DNA of 64,000 nt from Chloroflexota bacterium (GCA_027593235.1 JAQCIU010000001.1:64001-128000); one strand, 5' to 3'; shown: positions 21,317-31,891, counted from the first letter of the stretch. Translations and numbers: made by a program. The notes: generated by a model from the sequence alone, not told the origin.

Positions 21317-21952
21317 CTACGAGTGCTGCGCGAGGCTCTCTTCGCGGAGCTCGATGTGGGTGAGCAGGAAGTCGCGGGCGAGGGCGACGAGGTGGCCCGT
21401 GGCATCGGCGAGGGCGATCACGCGCGGCTCGCTGAGGACGATCGTGAACTCCTGACGCTCGCCGCCGCGGTCGTGGCCGACGAGGCGCAGGAGCGGCGGG
21501 TCGCCGGGTTCGAGAAGGGCGATCGGCGGGCCGCCTTCGTGGACGCGGATGATGTCGGCGTGGCGGGCGAGGTCCGTGACGGAGGCGAGTTCGGCGGCGC
21601 TGTCGATCGCCGTTTCGTCGAGGCCCATGGCACGCGCGAGGTCGCCGGGATGCGCCTCGAAGACGGCTTCGGCGAAGGTGCGCCAGTCCTCGGAGGTGGG
21701 GAGTGGCTTCAGCAGCGCGCGGCCGACCGGGATCGAGCGATCGCGGAGCGCGTTACAGACGGCGACCAGTCGCTGCGCCGCCTCGGCGAGTTCCGTGAGG
21801 AGCTGCGCGGCGAGCACGGCGCGGTGGCGGTCCTCGGTGCGAAAGATGCGTTCGAGGATCGCGTCGGAGACGGTCTCAATGCGGCGCAGCGTGGCGTCGT
21901 CGTAGGCGCGGAGGAACGCCAGTTCGCTGCCGATGGGGTAGTCGTTGGTCAC
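21317..21952 (-). CDS. Hypothetical protein
   Basis: GTG 21952 after GGGAG; helical, codon use consistent with host. Confidence 0.65.
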   Translation of the reverse strand: MTNDYPIGSELAFLRAYDDATLRRIETVSDAILERIFRTEDRHRAVLAAQLLTELAEAAQRLVAVCNALRDRSIPVGRALLKPLPTSEDWRTFAEAVFEAHPGDLARAMGLDETAIDSAAELASVTDLARHADIIRVHEGGPPIALLEPGDPPLLRLVGHDRGGERQEFTIVLSEPRVIALADATGHLVALARDFLLTHIELREESLAQHS

Positions 21953-22057
21953 GGCGCTGCTCCCGGTAGGTGGTGGGGACGCCTCGGAGGAGGTGCTTCG
22001 CATGCTACCGAGCGGCCGTGCGGCGACCAACAGTGACGCGGTCCTCGTTCCGGCGCG

Positions 22058-22188
22058 GCCAGCCTGGATACGCAACAACGGCGTCCGGGAGGGGGCGCCG
22101 CCAGCCCTGGACACGCAACAACGGCGCCCGGGAGGGGGTGCCGCCAGCCTGGACACGCAACAACGGCGCCCGCGAGGGGGCGCCGTTG
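22058..22188. repeat. Three tandem 42-43-bp hairpin-forming repeats
   Basis: Unit GCCAGCCTGGAYACGCAACAACGGCGYCCGSGAGGGGGYGCC; the third copy completes CAACGGCGCC...GGCGCCGTTG. Confidence 0.85.
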
Positions 22189-22231
22189 CCGTCAGCGCTT
22201 GCGCGCGGCGAAGAGCGGGGCGTGCCGCGCG

Positions 22232-23338
22232 CTAGCTACCGATCTGGAACGCGTCCAGGAAGCTTGAGTCCGAGACCGCGGTGACCTCGCTGGCGGGGGG
22301 AGCGACGATGCTGATGTCGCCGCCGATGTTGAAGAACTCGTAGGTCATGACCATCGAGCCGATCAGTTCCTCCGCGGTGAGGCCGGCCTGACCGAAGCCG
22401 GAGAAGTCGATCGCCATGGTGTAGCGGCGTACGACGTTGTCGTCGTCGATCCAGACATCGACGGGGAACTCACCGAAGACGTCCGAGATCGAAGCGCCGT
22501 TCAGATCGGCTTCGAGTTCCGCGATGTCGCTCGGGCTGATGGTCGACATCGCCTCGGCGACGTCGATGACGCCGCGGTAGTGGGTGGTGTCGACACCGCG
22601 CACGCTTTCGCGCCCGACATCTTCGAGGCCCCAGACGGAGGCGAGGAACGCGGTGGCATCGAGCGGGTTGGTGAGGCCGCCGGCGCCGCTGGTGGGAAGT
22701 GCGCCGAAGGCGTCGGCGCCGGTGGGATCGGTGAAGGCGATCCACGGGGTTTCAGCGCCGAGGAGGAGGCCGAAGATGGGCCAGTTCATGTAGGTGGTGC
22801 CATCGACGTAGCGAAGTTGCAACGGCGCATCGCCGAAGAACGCTTCGATCATCGCGAGTTCCTCGGTGCTGGCGTCCTCGCTGGAAGCGATCGCGTTGAG
22901 CATCTCCGTGAAATCGATGGTCATAGCGAAGCGCTCGTTGGTGGGATCGATCGCACCGGCGCCGCCGAAGGAGATGCCACCTGGCAGGTCCGGGATCGAG
23001 GGCATGGTCATCGACCACTCGAACTCGTAGGCGTCGAGGGACTCGATGACCTCGAGGGCCTGGACGAGACGCTGGCGTTCCGGGGTGTCGAGCTTGAGCT
23101 GCGAGGCGCGCTGGGCGACGGCAACGCCGCCGGTTGCGCCGGTGGTGGGCCGCGTGTCGGTGGCCGCCCCGGATTGTCCGGATGCGGCGACGATATCGGC
23201 GATGCTGCGGGCTGGCGTGGCGGAGGCGGTTGGGGACGTATCGCCAGCCTCGGTGGTGGCGGCGGGTTGCGCCCCACTCGAGCAGGCGGCCGCAACGAGG
23301 GCGACGAGCGCGATCAGCGCGGTAGTGACAATTCGCAT
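22232..23338 (-). CDS. LppX/LprAFG-like lipoprotein
   Basis: Lipobox AAAC; GRESVRGVDTTHY, DVWIDDDNVVRR and I.APP motifs. Confidence 0.75.
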   Translation of the reverse strand: MRIVTTALIALVALVAAACSSGAQPAATTEAGDTSPTASATPARSIADIVAASGQSGAATDTRPTTGATGGVAVAQRASQLKLDTPERQRLVQALEVIESLDAYEFEWSMTMPSIPDLPGGISFGGAGAIDPTNERFAMTIDFTEMLNAIASSEDASTEELAMIEAFFGDAPLQLRYVDGTTYMNWPIFGLLLGAETPWIAFTDPTGADAFGALPTSGAGGLTNPLDATAFLASVWGLEDVGRESVRGVDTTHYRGVIDVAEAMSTISPSDIAELEADLNGASISDVFGEFPVDVWIDDDNVVRRYTMAIDFSGFGQAGLTAEELIGSMVMTYEFFNIGGDISIVAPPASEVTAVSDSSFLDAFQIGS

Positions 23339-23468
23339 CGGGACCTCCAGCGCACCACGTCCGGTTCGAGGCGCGTCGAAGCGCGGGCCGGTTGGCGCCG
23401 CGCTACCTCGATCATCGGAACGTTCTGGCGGCGACTGGAGTTCCCGCGGCAAACGGCCGCTGCTGCGC

Positions 23469-24245
23469 TTACAGGCACTTGGGATTGTGCCCGTTGGGGT
23501 TGCAGTTTTTTGGGGTCGGGATCGGTGGTGCCGTTGGGATCGGCACTGGCGTCAGCGTCGGAATCGGCGTCAGCGTCGGCAGTGGGGTCAGCGTCGGCAG
23601 TGGCGTCGGCGTTGGTGTCGGCGTTGGTGTCGGCGTTGGCGTTGGCGTTGGCGTCGGTGTCGGCGTTGGTGTCGGCGTTGGCGTTGGCGTTGGCGTCGGT
23701 GTCGGCGTCGCGCCGGGGGTGGCGGTCACCGACCCCGCCGGTGCCGGCGAGCCGGGTGTCGAGGGCGCGTCGTTGCCGGTGGCGAAGTCGGAGGGTGACG
23801 GGATGCCGTCCTCGTATCCCGGGTCGTTCGACAGAGGCTGGTCGTTCGGGTGGGGCGTCCGGCTGGCGTTCGGTGTCGAGGGGATGCGAGGAGTACGGGT
23901 TGGCGCTGGGGTGCGCACGCCCGCGGCTCCCGGACCTTGAGTGGGGCTGGTCGCGAGTTCGCTCCCCGCGTCGGCGGCGTCCGCCGTGGGCGCGGGAATC
24001 GCGAGGGCGCGCGAGTCCTCGGCGGCGGCGGCGATCACCGCCGGGCTGAGTGGCTGAAGGCGATGCGTTGTGGTGTCGCGGGCGTAGTCCGCGACGAGCC
24101 GCGAGGTGAGTTCGCCAACGACGCGGGCGTCTGGTGGCCGCGCGGAGCCGGCCGACGCGCCGAGGGTGGTGGTGCCGAAGGCGGCGAGCGTGACGAGGAT
24201 CGCCATCAACGCGGTGACCGCCGCGGCGCGGAGACTACGCCGCAT
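23469..24245 (-). CDS. Secreted Pro/Thr-rich protein
   Basis: Signal peptide, long (TP)n tract, C-terminal KNCNPNGHNPKCL. Confidence 0.7.
   Translation of the reverse strand: MRRSLRAAAVTALMAILVTLAAFGTTTLGASAGSARPPDARVVGELTSRLVADYARDTTTHRLQPLSPAVIAAAAEDSRALAIPAPTADAADAGSELATSPTQGPGAAGVRTPAPTRTPRIPSTPNASRTPHPNDQPLSNDPGYEDGIPSPSDFATGNDAPSTPGSPAPAGSVTATPGATPTPTPTPTPTPTPTPTPTPTPTPTPTPTPTPTPTPLPTLTPLPTLTPIPTLTPVPIPTAPPIPTPKNCNPNGHNPKCL
23530..23710. repeat. Hexamer repeat encoding a (Thr-Pro)n linker
   Basis: Repeated GGYGTY hexamers on the plus strand. Confidence 0.85.
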
Positions 24246-24405
24246 GATGCGTGTGCCTCTCCGGACCATGCGGATGGGGCCGGTCCGACCCGGCGCCGTT
24301 GAGGATGTGCAGGCGAGCCGTCGAGTCGAGCCCCTTGAGCGCCGGATCGTCGTGGATGCGCTGCTCCCACAGCTCCGCGACGCGGGCCATGGTGGCGACG
24401 ACGTC

Positions 24406-26022
24406 CTAATCCAGCAGCCCGCTTTCCGCTTCGCGGAAGAGAATCTTCAGCGCGGCGTTGATGGAGAGGCCGGCCCGATACGGGCGGTCCGTGGTGAGGG
24501 CGTCGTAGACATCGGCGACGGCGGCGATCCGAGGGAAGACAGTCAGCTCATCGGCGGAGAGGGCGAAGGGGTAGCCGGTGCCGTTAAGTCGTTCGTGGTG
24601 CTGTCCGACGACGGCGAGGACTTCTGGCGGGAGGAAGACCGACTCGAGGATCTCGAGGCCGACGCGGGGGTGCTCCTCGATGACGCGTCGTTCCTCGGGG
24701 GTGAGCGCGCCGGGCTTGAGGAGGACGGCGTCGCGAACGCCGATCTTGCCGATGTCGTGAAGGTAGCCGCCGACCTGAAGGTGCTGGAGCTGACCTTCGG
24801 ACAACCCGAAGCCGTCGCCGAGCTCGACCGAGAGGTGGCCGACACGGACGGAGTGTCCCCGCGTGTAGGGATCGCGGGCGTCGACGGCGGAGACGAGGGC
24901 GCGGATGGTCCCAAGGTGCTGGCTCTGCAGGCGTTCGGTCATCGCATCAAAGGTGGTGGCGAGGGCGCCGATTTCGTCTCCGCTTCTGACACCGCTGCGG
25001 ACGGTGAGATCGCCGGCGGAGACGGCGTCCGCCGCGCGGACGAGGCGGCCGAGCGGGGCGGTGATGACACGGGCGAGGAAGAGCCCGATCACGAGGACGA
25101 TCAGCGTCGCGATGCCGAACAACGTCGCCATCTGGGTGCGCGTGGTCTCCCCGGCGCTGGTGACGAAGGAGGTGGGGAGGGCGACGGAGAGCGTCCCGAT
25201 CGGATTGCCGCGCACGTACATCGGCACGTACATGAACTGGTAGTCGCGACCAGAGAGGAGCTGGGTGTCGCGGAGTCCACTGCCTGCCACGGTAGCGGCG
25301 ACGGCGGGAGAGTCCTGCACCTGGTTGTCGGCATCGAGGACGAAGGTGGAGAGCAGGAGGCCGCCGTAGCTGTCGTAGAAGGTCACGTCAGCGAACGACT
25401 GCTGCTTGATCGAGGTGAGTAGCGCGCGGAGTGGGCTGGTGACCACCACGACGCCGGCGACCGTCGTCCCGTCGTAGATCGGCCCGGCGGTCACCAGCAG
25501 CGGCCCGCCGCTGGTCTGAACGACCGAGGCGAACTTGTCGCCGCGGCCGTCGCCCTGGCCGGTGAGCGCGGTTGCGGAGACCGCTGCAGTGGCCTGGGTG
25601 GCCACGTCTTCCGGGATCGCTTCGTAGGTGAGCAGGTCGGGATCGACGAGGCGTGCGGCATAGAGCACGGCACCCGACCGATCGAGGATGTAGACCGCGT
25701 CCGTGGCGCTGTTCGCGGCGATCGGCAGGACGATTCGCTCCGTGGCGGCGGGGTCGTGGCGAGCGACAGCGCGCTCAATGCCCTCGGTGAAGGAGACCGC
25801 GCGGATCACCTCGAGGTGATCGCGTTCGCGGCGAACGACGTTGTCGCCGGCGGTGCGCGCCGATTCCGCGAGCTGGTTCGCGAAGCGGACCTCGAGCGAT
25901 CCGGCAACGACGCGGGTGACGAGGTAAGTGGAGAGGCCGGCGAGGGCGAGCGCCAGCACGAGGTACGGCCCCAGGATCTTCCAGCGGATCCGCGCTCTGA
26001 TTTGTGGCCGCAGACGTCCCAT
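24406..26022 (-). CDS. Membrane HD-GYP phosphodiesterase (extracytoplasmic sensor + HAMP + HD-GYP); internal TAG at 24406-24408, frame continues to 24235
   Basis: RDPYTRGHSVRV, HDIGKIG, HHERLNGTGYP and ADVYDALTTDRPYR motifs; HAMP DEIGALA..FD.M. Confidence 0.92.
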   Translation of the reverse strand: MGRLRPQIRARIRWKILGPYLVLALALAGLSTYLVTRVVAGSLEVRFANQLAESARTAGDNVVRRERDHLEVIRAVSFTEGIERAVARHDPAATERIVLPIAANSATDAVYILDRSGAVLYAARLVDPDLLTYEAIPEDVATQATAAVSATALTGQGDGRGDKFASVVQTSGGPLLVTAGPIYDGTTVAGVVVVTSPLRALLTSIKQQSFADVTFYDSYGGLLLSTFVLDADNQVQDSPAVAATVAGSGLRDTQLLSGRDYQFMYVPMYVRGNPIGTLSVALPTSFVTSAGETTRTQMATLFGIATLIVLVIGLFLARVITAPLGRLVRAADAVSAGDLTVRSGVRSGDEIGALATTFDAMTERLQSQHLGTIRALVSAVDARDPYTRGHSVRVGHLSVELGDGFGLSEGQLQHLQVGGYLHDIGKIGVRDAVLLKPGALTPEERRVIEEHPRVGLEILESVFLPPEVLAVVGQHHERLNGTGYPFALSADELTVFPRIAAVADVYDALTTDRPYRAGLSINAALKILFREAESGLLD

Positions 26023-26302
26023 CGAGGCTTCCCGACCTGGCCAATCCCCGTGGATGTGGCCATCTCGGTGAGATGTTCGACAGACGCCGTTGTGGAGGAA
26101 CTCGGGTGAATGCTGACTGCGGTGAGTGGCGGTTCAGATTGTCAGTATTGAGTGCGTATGAGAATCGTGATCGGGAATCGAATGACAGTGTGTTGTGTGA
26201 AACCGGGACTGCGCGCCAGGTTGAGTGACCGAGCGGTGCGCAATCGCGGAGCCGCGGGCGAACTGCGGAAGAGCCACGTGCGATGCCGACGTCGACCGAT
26301 CG

Positions 26303-27158
26303 CTACGCCTTGAGGAGGGTGCGGTTCGCCTGGATCGCGGAGCGCGCGAAGGTCTCGACGGCTTGTTGCTGCGCACTCGCATCGCCGGCCGCGACGATCT
26401 CGGCGGCCGGCAGCACGGCGCCGGTGAAGCCCTCGATGTGCCAGGCGCCGAGAGCGAGCCCGGGGAACGCGTCCGGGTTGGGGGCGGGCGCGGGGCTGCT
26501 GTAGAAGTAGGGCTCCGGGTAGTAGCCGTCGCCCGGCTCCATCCCGAGGTTCACCGAGCGCGAGCGGGCGCCGCGTTCGTTCGGGTCGATCGGCATCGTG
26601 AACGCGATGTCCATGTGGTGCGGCCAGACGTAGAGCGGTGCGGCGTGCGGCTGTTGCGCTCGGATCGCCTCGAAGACGAGTGATGCGTTGTCGTAGTACC
26701 GGCTGAGCTCGGCGAGGGCAGGGCGGTTGCCGAGATCGAACTCTTGGCCGGCGACGCAGGGGACCGGCAGCCCTCGTTCAGCGTCCGTGAGCGGGCGCGG
26801 CAGCGCGGAGGCGGTGAGATTCGACGATCTGGCGGGTGAGCCAGCGGAAGAGGGTCTCGATCGCCATACCGTCCGCGGACTGAGTGGCGATCTCGTTGCC
26901 GCTGGTGTCCAGCAGGAAGACGGTGGCGTCCGCGGGACGGATGCCGACGTGGAAGCGGACATCGGAGGGGACCTCCGCGCTGACGATGGCGTGGCGCTGG
27001 CGATCCCAGGTGAACGCGGAGTGGGTGTAGCTGCCGTCTTTCGGGTTGGGGACCAGCAGCCGCGGCACGCTGGCGACCACCTGAATCACGCAGTGAAGCT
27101 GCTCACGGGTGTGCGGGAGTTCGTCTGGCGCAAACGATCCAAGCAACTGCCAGGGCAT
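26303..27158 (-). pseudogene. DUF5996-like protein split by a frameshift near 26820
   Basis: N-half in 26778..27158 (TREQLH..IQ); C-half in 26303.. frame (VWPHHMDIA, G..PGDGYYPEPYFY). Confidence 0.65.
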
Positions 27159-27309
27159 CGGCTCGTCCTCAAATCCCGGTGGAGCTTCTACGCTACCGCG
27201 CGGGGGTTGCGACCGTGCACGGTCGGACGTGTTTTCACTGATCCGGCGCGGCGCCGATGCGCCCCCCGCGGCATCCCACCACGGCTCGATCGATCGGAAC
27301 GAAGCAGCA

Positions 27310-28266
27310 CTAGCGCCCCGGCTCGGAGATCACAGGGTTGATGAGGCTGCCGAGGCCAGTGATCTCGACGCGGACAGTGTCGCCCGCCTTCATCCATTCC
27401 TGCGGCTCGCGCGCCTGGCCGACGCCCGAGGGCGTGCCGGTGAAGATCACGTCTCCGGGCTCCAGCGTGAACGCGGTCGACAGGTACTCAATGATCGTTG
27501 GGATATCGAAGAGCAGGTCGCTCGTCGGCGCGCTCTGCTTCTCCACGTCGTTGAGGTAGGTCTTGAGGTGCAGCGCGGAGGGGTCGGGGACCTCGTCGGC
27601 GGTGAGGATCCAGGGGCCGGTCGGGCCGTGGGTGTCCCAGCTCTTGCCCATCATCCAGGTGGCGGTGTGCCGCTGCCAGTCGCGGACAGTGACGTCGTTC
27701 CCGTTCATGTAACCAGCGACATAATCAAGGGCATCCGCCGCGGCGACGTGGCGCGCGTACTTGCCGATGACGACGCAGAACTCGCCTTCCCAGTCGAGCA
27801 TTTGGCTTTCGACGGGAGCGTGGATCGGGTCACCGACGCCGGTGATGCAACTGGAGACCTTGGTGAAGACGGTGGGGTGATCGGGCAGCTCGCGCTCCAT
27901 CTCCGCGGCGTGGGCTTTGTAGTTGATGCCGATCGCCATCACCTTGCCCGGCCGGGGGATCGGGGCGGCGAGACGCACCTCCGAGGCGGGGACGAGGCTG
28001 CCGTTTGCCACGAGTTCGTCGCGAGAGAGCGCGCCGCTGTCCAACCAGAGTCGGGTGGCCTCGATGGCGTCGAGCGCGGGCTGGCCGACGGCGAGCAGGT
28101 CGATCATCGAGGCCGGGTTGAGGGCGTCGGCCGCGAGTTCGGGGCGTTGGACGCCCTCGTCGCAGAGGCGTGCGGCGAGCGCGCGGTTGACGTCGATGAC
28201 GTCCTCATTGGCGTGGAGCACGCCGGCACGGGTGACGCCGTGACGGGTGTAGCTGACCAGACGCAT
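27310..28266 (-). CDS. Fumarylacetoacetate hydrolase family protein
   Basis: GINYKAHAAE, DWEGE, NDVTVRDWQ, GKSWDT.GP.GP and PGDVIFTGTPSGVG motifs. Confidence 0.95.
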   Translation of the reverse strand: MRLVSYTRHGVTRAGVLHANEDVIDVNRALAARLCDEGVQRPELAADALNPASMIDLLAVGQPALDAIEATRLWLDSGALSRDELVANGSLVPASEVRLAAPIPRPGKVMAIGINYKAHAAEMERELPDHPTVFTKVSSCITGVGDPIHAPVESQMLDWEGEFCVVIGKYARHVAAADALDYVAGYMNGNDVTVRDWQRHTATWMMGKSWDTHGPTGPWILTADEVPDPSALHLKTYLNDVEKQSAPTSDLLFDIPTIIEYLSTAFTLEPGDVIFTGTPSGVGQAREPQEWMKAGDTVRVEITGLGSLINPVISEPGR

Positions 28267-28432
28267 CGCATCTCCTCGTCAGGGCGTTTGCGGCGCCCGC
28301 GGCAACAAGCAGTGAGCATAACGCGGGCGGGGGGTTCTGGGTCCCGCGGGGGAGATCGATTGCCGCCCGGCTGCGGGAGGGTGCGTGCGTCCTCGGGCGG
28401 TCTGGAAGCGCGATCGCTGCGCGCGGCGACGG

Positions 28433-29086
28433 TCAGGGGCCGCCGAGGCCGGCTTCGCGCCCGCGGAGGGCGGCCTGCGCACGGTCGGCGACCTGCAGCT
28501 TGTCGAGGATCGACGTCACGTAGTTGCGCACCGTCTTCAGCGACAGGAACAGGGTGGCGGCGATTTCATCGTTGGTCTGGCCGCCGGCGATCATTTCGAG
28601 GATTTCGCGTTCGCGTGGCGTGAGTTCGGGGAAGGGCTCGGCGTTGCGCACGGGCGTGGCGAAATAGTCGGCGAGTCGGCGGGCGATCGCCGGGCTGAAG
28701 ATCGCCTCGCCACCGGCGACGGCGCGGATCGCGCGGAGCGTCTCCGCTTTGCGCGCGCCCTTGAGGAGGTAGCCACGGGCGCCGGCGCGGATCGCCGCGA
28801 AGACAGACTCATCGTCCTCGAACATCGTCACCACGAGCACGCCGACGAACGGACGGGCGGCGATGAGCTGGCGAGTGGCCTCGATGCCGTTGACGCCGGG
28901 CATGTGCAGATCCATCAGCACGACGTCCGGCGCGGTGCGCTCGGTGAGGCGCAGCGCCTCCTCGCCGTTGGCGGCCTCCCCCACGACCTCGATGTCCTCC
29001 TCGCGCGCGAGCAGGCCGCGCAGGCCGCCGCGGAACTCCGCGTGATCGTCGACGAGCAGGACGCGGATGCGATCGGGCGTGGTCAC
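28433..29086 (-). CDS. NarL/LuxR-family response regulator
   Basis: VLLVDDH, DVVLMDL, GARGYLLK and LTPREREIL HTH. Confidence 0.95.
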   Translation of the reverse strand: MTTPDRIRVLLVDDHAEFRGGLRGLLAREEDIEVVGEAANGEEALRLTERTAPDVVLMDLHMPGVNGIEATRQLIAARPFVGVLVVTMFEDDESVFAAIRAGARGYLLKGARKAETLRAIRAVAGGEAIFSPAIARRLADYFATPVRNAEPFPELTPREREILEMIAGGQTNDEIAATLFLSLKTVRNYVTSILDKLQVADRAQAALRGREAGLGGP

Positions 29087-31296
29087 GAGGTCGCTCCGAG
29101 CGGGTTCGTTGGGGTCGGCGATGCGCCGTCGCCGGCGTCCTCCGGGTCGTGCGAGGCGAGGTCGTGGAGCGGGAGGCGGACGCGGACGATCGAGCCCGCC
29201 CGGGTCGATTCAAACTCGAAGCTGCCGCCGAGTTCCTCGGTTCGTTCGCGCATGGAGTGGAGGCCGACGCCGGGGACGGCGTCGGCGGGTGCGCCGGGGC
29301 CGTCGTCGGAGACGGTGACGAGCAGTTCGGGCGAGGTGGCACCGGCGCCACCCGATCCGAAGCCGAGTGAGACAGCGCCGTCGGCGCCGGGCGCGTGGCG
29401 CGCGATGTTGGTCAGCGCCTCCTGGATGATCCGGAACGTCGCCGCTTCCACGGCGGCGGACAGCGGCGGCAGCGGCTCAGTGACCTCGAGGCGGATGCGC
29501 GTCCCCGTCGGATCGTCGCGCTCGATCACCTGGCGTAGCGCGCCGACGAGTCCGAGGTCGTCGAGCGCCGGCGGCCGCAGGCCGTACACCAACCGCCGGA
29601 TGTCGGCGACGGTGTCCTGCAGGCGATCGGCGAGATCGTCGAGCGGCCCGCGGAGCTGCGGCTGGTCCTCGGCGAGGTCGCGCGCCGTCTCCACGCGGAG
29701 CGCGAGGCCGGCGAGGCGCGGGCCGATGCCGTCGTGCAGATCGCGGCGGAGGCGGCGGCGCTCCTCCTCGCGAGCAGTCACGAGGCGCTCGCGGGACCGC
29801 TGCAGATCGTCGGTCAGGCGGAGGGAGGCGAGCGCCGGTCCTGACTGGCGGCAGAGATCTTCGATCAGTCGCCGGTCGCGCTTCGCCAGCGTACGTTCGC
29901 CGGCGCGTGGCTGGACCTCGAGGATCCCGATCGCACGACCGGCGTGGGCGATCTCGAAGCCCTCGACGGCGGCGGGTGAGGGCGTACCGCTCGCGGCGAG
30001 CAGCCGAGGCTCGCCGTCTTCCTCGAGTGAGACGGCTGCCCACGGGAGGCGGAGCGAGGCGGTAACCGTGCTGGCGATCGTTTCGGGCACGAGGTGGGGC
30101 GAGACGGTGTCACCGAGCTTGAGCCCGAGCCCCGTGAGGACGGCGTAGGGCTCGTCGCGTGAGCCGAACATCAGGCGGTTCGCGCTTGTTTGCAGGCGGC
30201 GTCGCAGCGGCTCGAAGGCGAGCACGGCGGCGACGAGGGCGATCGGGGAGGAGATCCCAAAGCCGGCGTTCAGACCTCGGTCCAATGTGACGACGACGCC
30301 GAAATAGAGCAGCAGGAGCGAGAGCGTCAGTCCCGCGTACACGAGTGCGCGGCTGATGAAGACGTCCACCTCGTAGAGACGAAAGCGGAAGATCGCGGCG
30401 GCGAAGCCGAGCGCGACGGCGAGCCCGGTCGTCAGTTCGAATCCGACGAAGAAGACGAGGGTGAAGATCGTGGCGAGCCCCGCGTTTGGCTCTGCCGCCC
30501 AGTCGTGGACGCCGAGCGCAAGATTGAGGACGACGAAGCCGGAGAGGGCGGTGACCAGGCCCAGCGTCGCCCATTTCATCTGTTGGCGAGATTCGCCGTC
30601 CGGCGTGCGTCGCCAGCGGTAGGCCTGCGCGTAGCAGGCGAGCAGCAACACGACCGGCAACAGCAAGATGTCGCCGGAGAAATCGGTGACTGATTCTGCG
30701 TTGGGTGAGACGAAGAACCACCAGCCGGTGAGCGCAACGAAGACAGCACCTGGAATAGCGGCCCAGCGTGGCCGCGCGCGGCCGTCCGGGAAGATGATGA
30801 AGAGCCAGTAGAACGAGCTGAGCCAGGTCAGCGTGACCAGCGCGGCGCCGGCTGCCAGCAGCGCGTTGGTCTCCCACATCACGGCGATGTCGGGCGGGAA
30901 CGTCGCCCCACGCCCGGCGACGAAAAACAGACCAACGACAAGCGGTGCGACCTCGTCGGAACGTCGGACGAAGAGCAGCGTCGCGAGCGCGAAGAGGATG
31001 ATCGTGACGCCGATCCAGAGGACGAATGGCCCGACCTCGAAGGCCGTTTCGGAGATGCCGAGCTGGTCGAGGCCGTGGCGGATCGTTTCGGCCGAGGGGA
31101 ACTCGACGGTATCGCCGTCGATGGTGTCGAGGGCGTCCGGGATTCCGCGCACGATGAAGAAGACGCTGAGCGCGGCGATCAGTAGCCAGTAGCCGCGCGC
31201 CAGCAGCAGGACCGGGCCGCTGAGGCGAACTGAGGTGTTGGTGACCTCGACCCACTGTCCGGCTGGGCTGTTCGCGAGCGGGATCGCTGTCTGCAC
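29083..31296 (-). CDS. Multi-TM sensor histidine kinase (HisKA_3)
   Basis: About 8-9 TMs, GAF-like linker, ERRRLRRDLHDGIGP, QEALTNIARHA, DDGPG and GVGLHSMRER motifs; 4-bp overlap with the regulator. Confidence 0.93.
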   Translation of the reverse strand: MQTAIPLANSPAGQWVEVTNTSVRLSGPVLLLARGYWLLIAALSVFFIVRGIPDALDTIDGDTVEFPSAETIRHGLDQLGISETAFEVGPFVLWIGVTIILFALATLLFVRRSDEVAPLVVGLFFVAGRGATFPPDIAVMWETNALLAAGAALVTLTWLSSFYWLFIIFPDGRARPRWAAIPGAVFVALTGWWFFVSPNAESVTDFSGDILLLPVVLLLACYAQAYRWRRTPDGESRQQMKWATLGLVTALSGFVVLNLALGVHDWAAEPNAGLATIFTLVFFVGFELTTGLAVALGFAAAIFRFRLYEVDVFISRALVYAGLTLSLLLLYFGVVVTLDRGLNAGFGISSPIALVAAVLAFEPLRRRLQTSANRLMFGSRDEPYAVLTGLGLKLGDTVSPHLVPETIASTVTASLRLPWAAVSLEEDGEPRLLAASGTPSPAAVEGFEIAHAGRAIGILEVQPRAGERTLAKRDRRLIEDLCRQSGPALASLRLTDDLQRSRERLVTAREEERRRLRRDLHDGIGPRLAGLALRVETARDLAEDQPQLRGPLDDLADRLQDTVADIRRLVYGLRPPALDDLGLVGALRQVIERDDPTGTRIRLEVTEPLPPLSAAVEAATFRIIQEALTNIARHAPGADGAVSLGFGSGGAGATSPELLVTVSDDGPGAPADAVPGVGLHSMRERTEELGGSFEFESTRAGSIVRVRLPLHDLASHDPEDAGDGASPTPTNPLGATS

Positions 31297-31391
31297 CTGT
31301 TGGTCCTCGCGCCCCGCCGGGGCTGGTCCGGCGGGGCTGGTTTGGCGAATCAGCCCCCGTGGTGTGGGGCGTCAGTCTATTTCAGGACGGC

Positions 31392-31769
31392 TTATCGGAG
31401 GGCGCTCCACACCGCGCGGTGGCGGGTCAGCACGATCGCCGGCACGCCGGTCAGCACCCCGAGGGCGGCGGCGGCGACCAACCAGCCGCTGGGCTGTTCG
31501 AGGAAGGCGGGAATCGCGGTGAGCACGTCGAGCGCGGTGAGGATGATGACGAGCCAGCCACCCCACTTGCGGCCCTGCCAGATCGCCCAGACGCCAACCA
31601 GCACGAGCGCGGCGATCGCCATCGTGATCACCACGGCGGCGGCGGGGATTTCGTCCGAGCCGGGGAGCAGGAGAGCGAAGGGGGCGAGCAGGCTCCGAAG
31701 CAGCAACAGGCCCGTCGCTGCCAGCAGGTAGGGGTGGCGACCGATCCGGGTGATTGACGTTGCAGTCAC
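31392..31769 (-). CDS. Four-TM membrane protein
   Basis: GTG after GGAG; four hydrophobic helices. Confidence 0.75.
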   Translation of the reverse strand: MTATSITRIGRHPYLLAATGLLLLRSLLAPFALLLPGSDEIPAAAVVITMAIAALVLVGVWAIWQGRKWGGWLVIILTALDVLTAIPAFLEQPSGWLVAAAALGVLTGVPAIVLTRHRAVWSALR

Positions 31770-31821
31770 GATGTTCTCCGTTCGTTGATGGATGCGCCGT
31801 CACTGTTTCGACGACACCGCA

Positions 31822-31887
31822 AACGTAGCGAGCGAGCGAGCCCGGTTTCGTCGGACGGCGTCCCGTGTTTCCGGGAATCTCGCCCGA
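31822..31887 (-). promoter_or_regulatory. Putative promoter (-10 TACGTT) with GGAC-N3-GTCC operator
   Basis: 37-bp element 31851-31887 aligns without gaps to 33903-33939, at the same 23-nt distance from a -10-like hexamer. Confidence 0.5.
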
Positions 31888-31891
31888 GCGT

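Noticed and set aside
22058-22188. Possible mini-CRISPR array
   Set aside because: Units are contiguous with no unique spacers, and no cas genes are present.
26023-26302. c-di-GMP riboswitch upstream of the HD-GYP gene
   Set aside because: No GEMM-I (GGCAAAC...GGACGCAAA) core seen; looks like an ordinary AT-richer promoter region.
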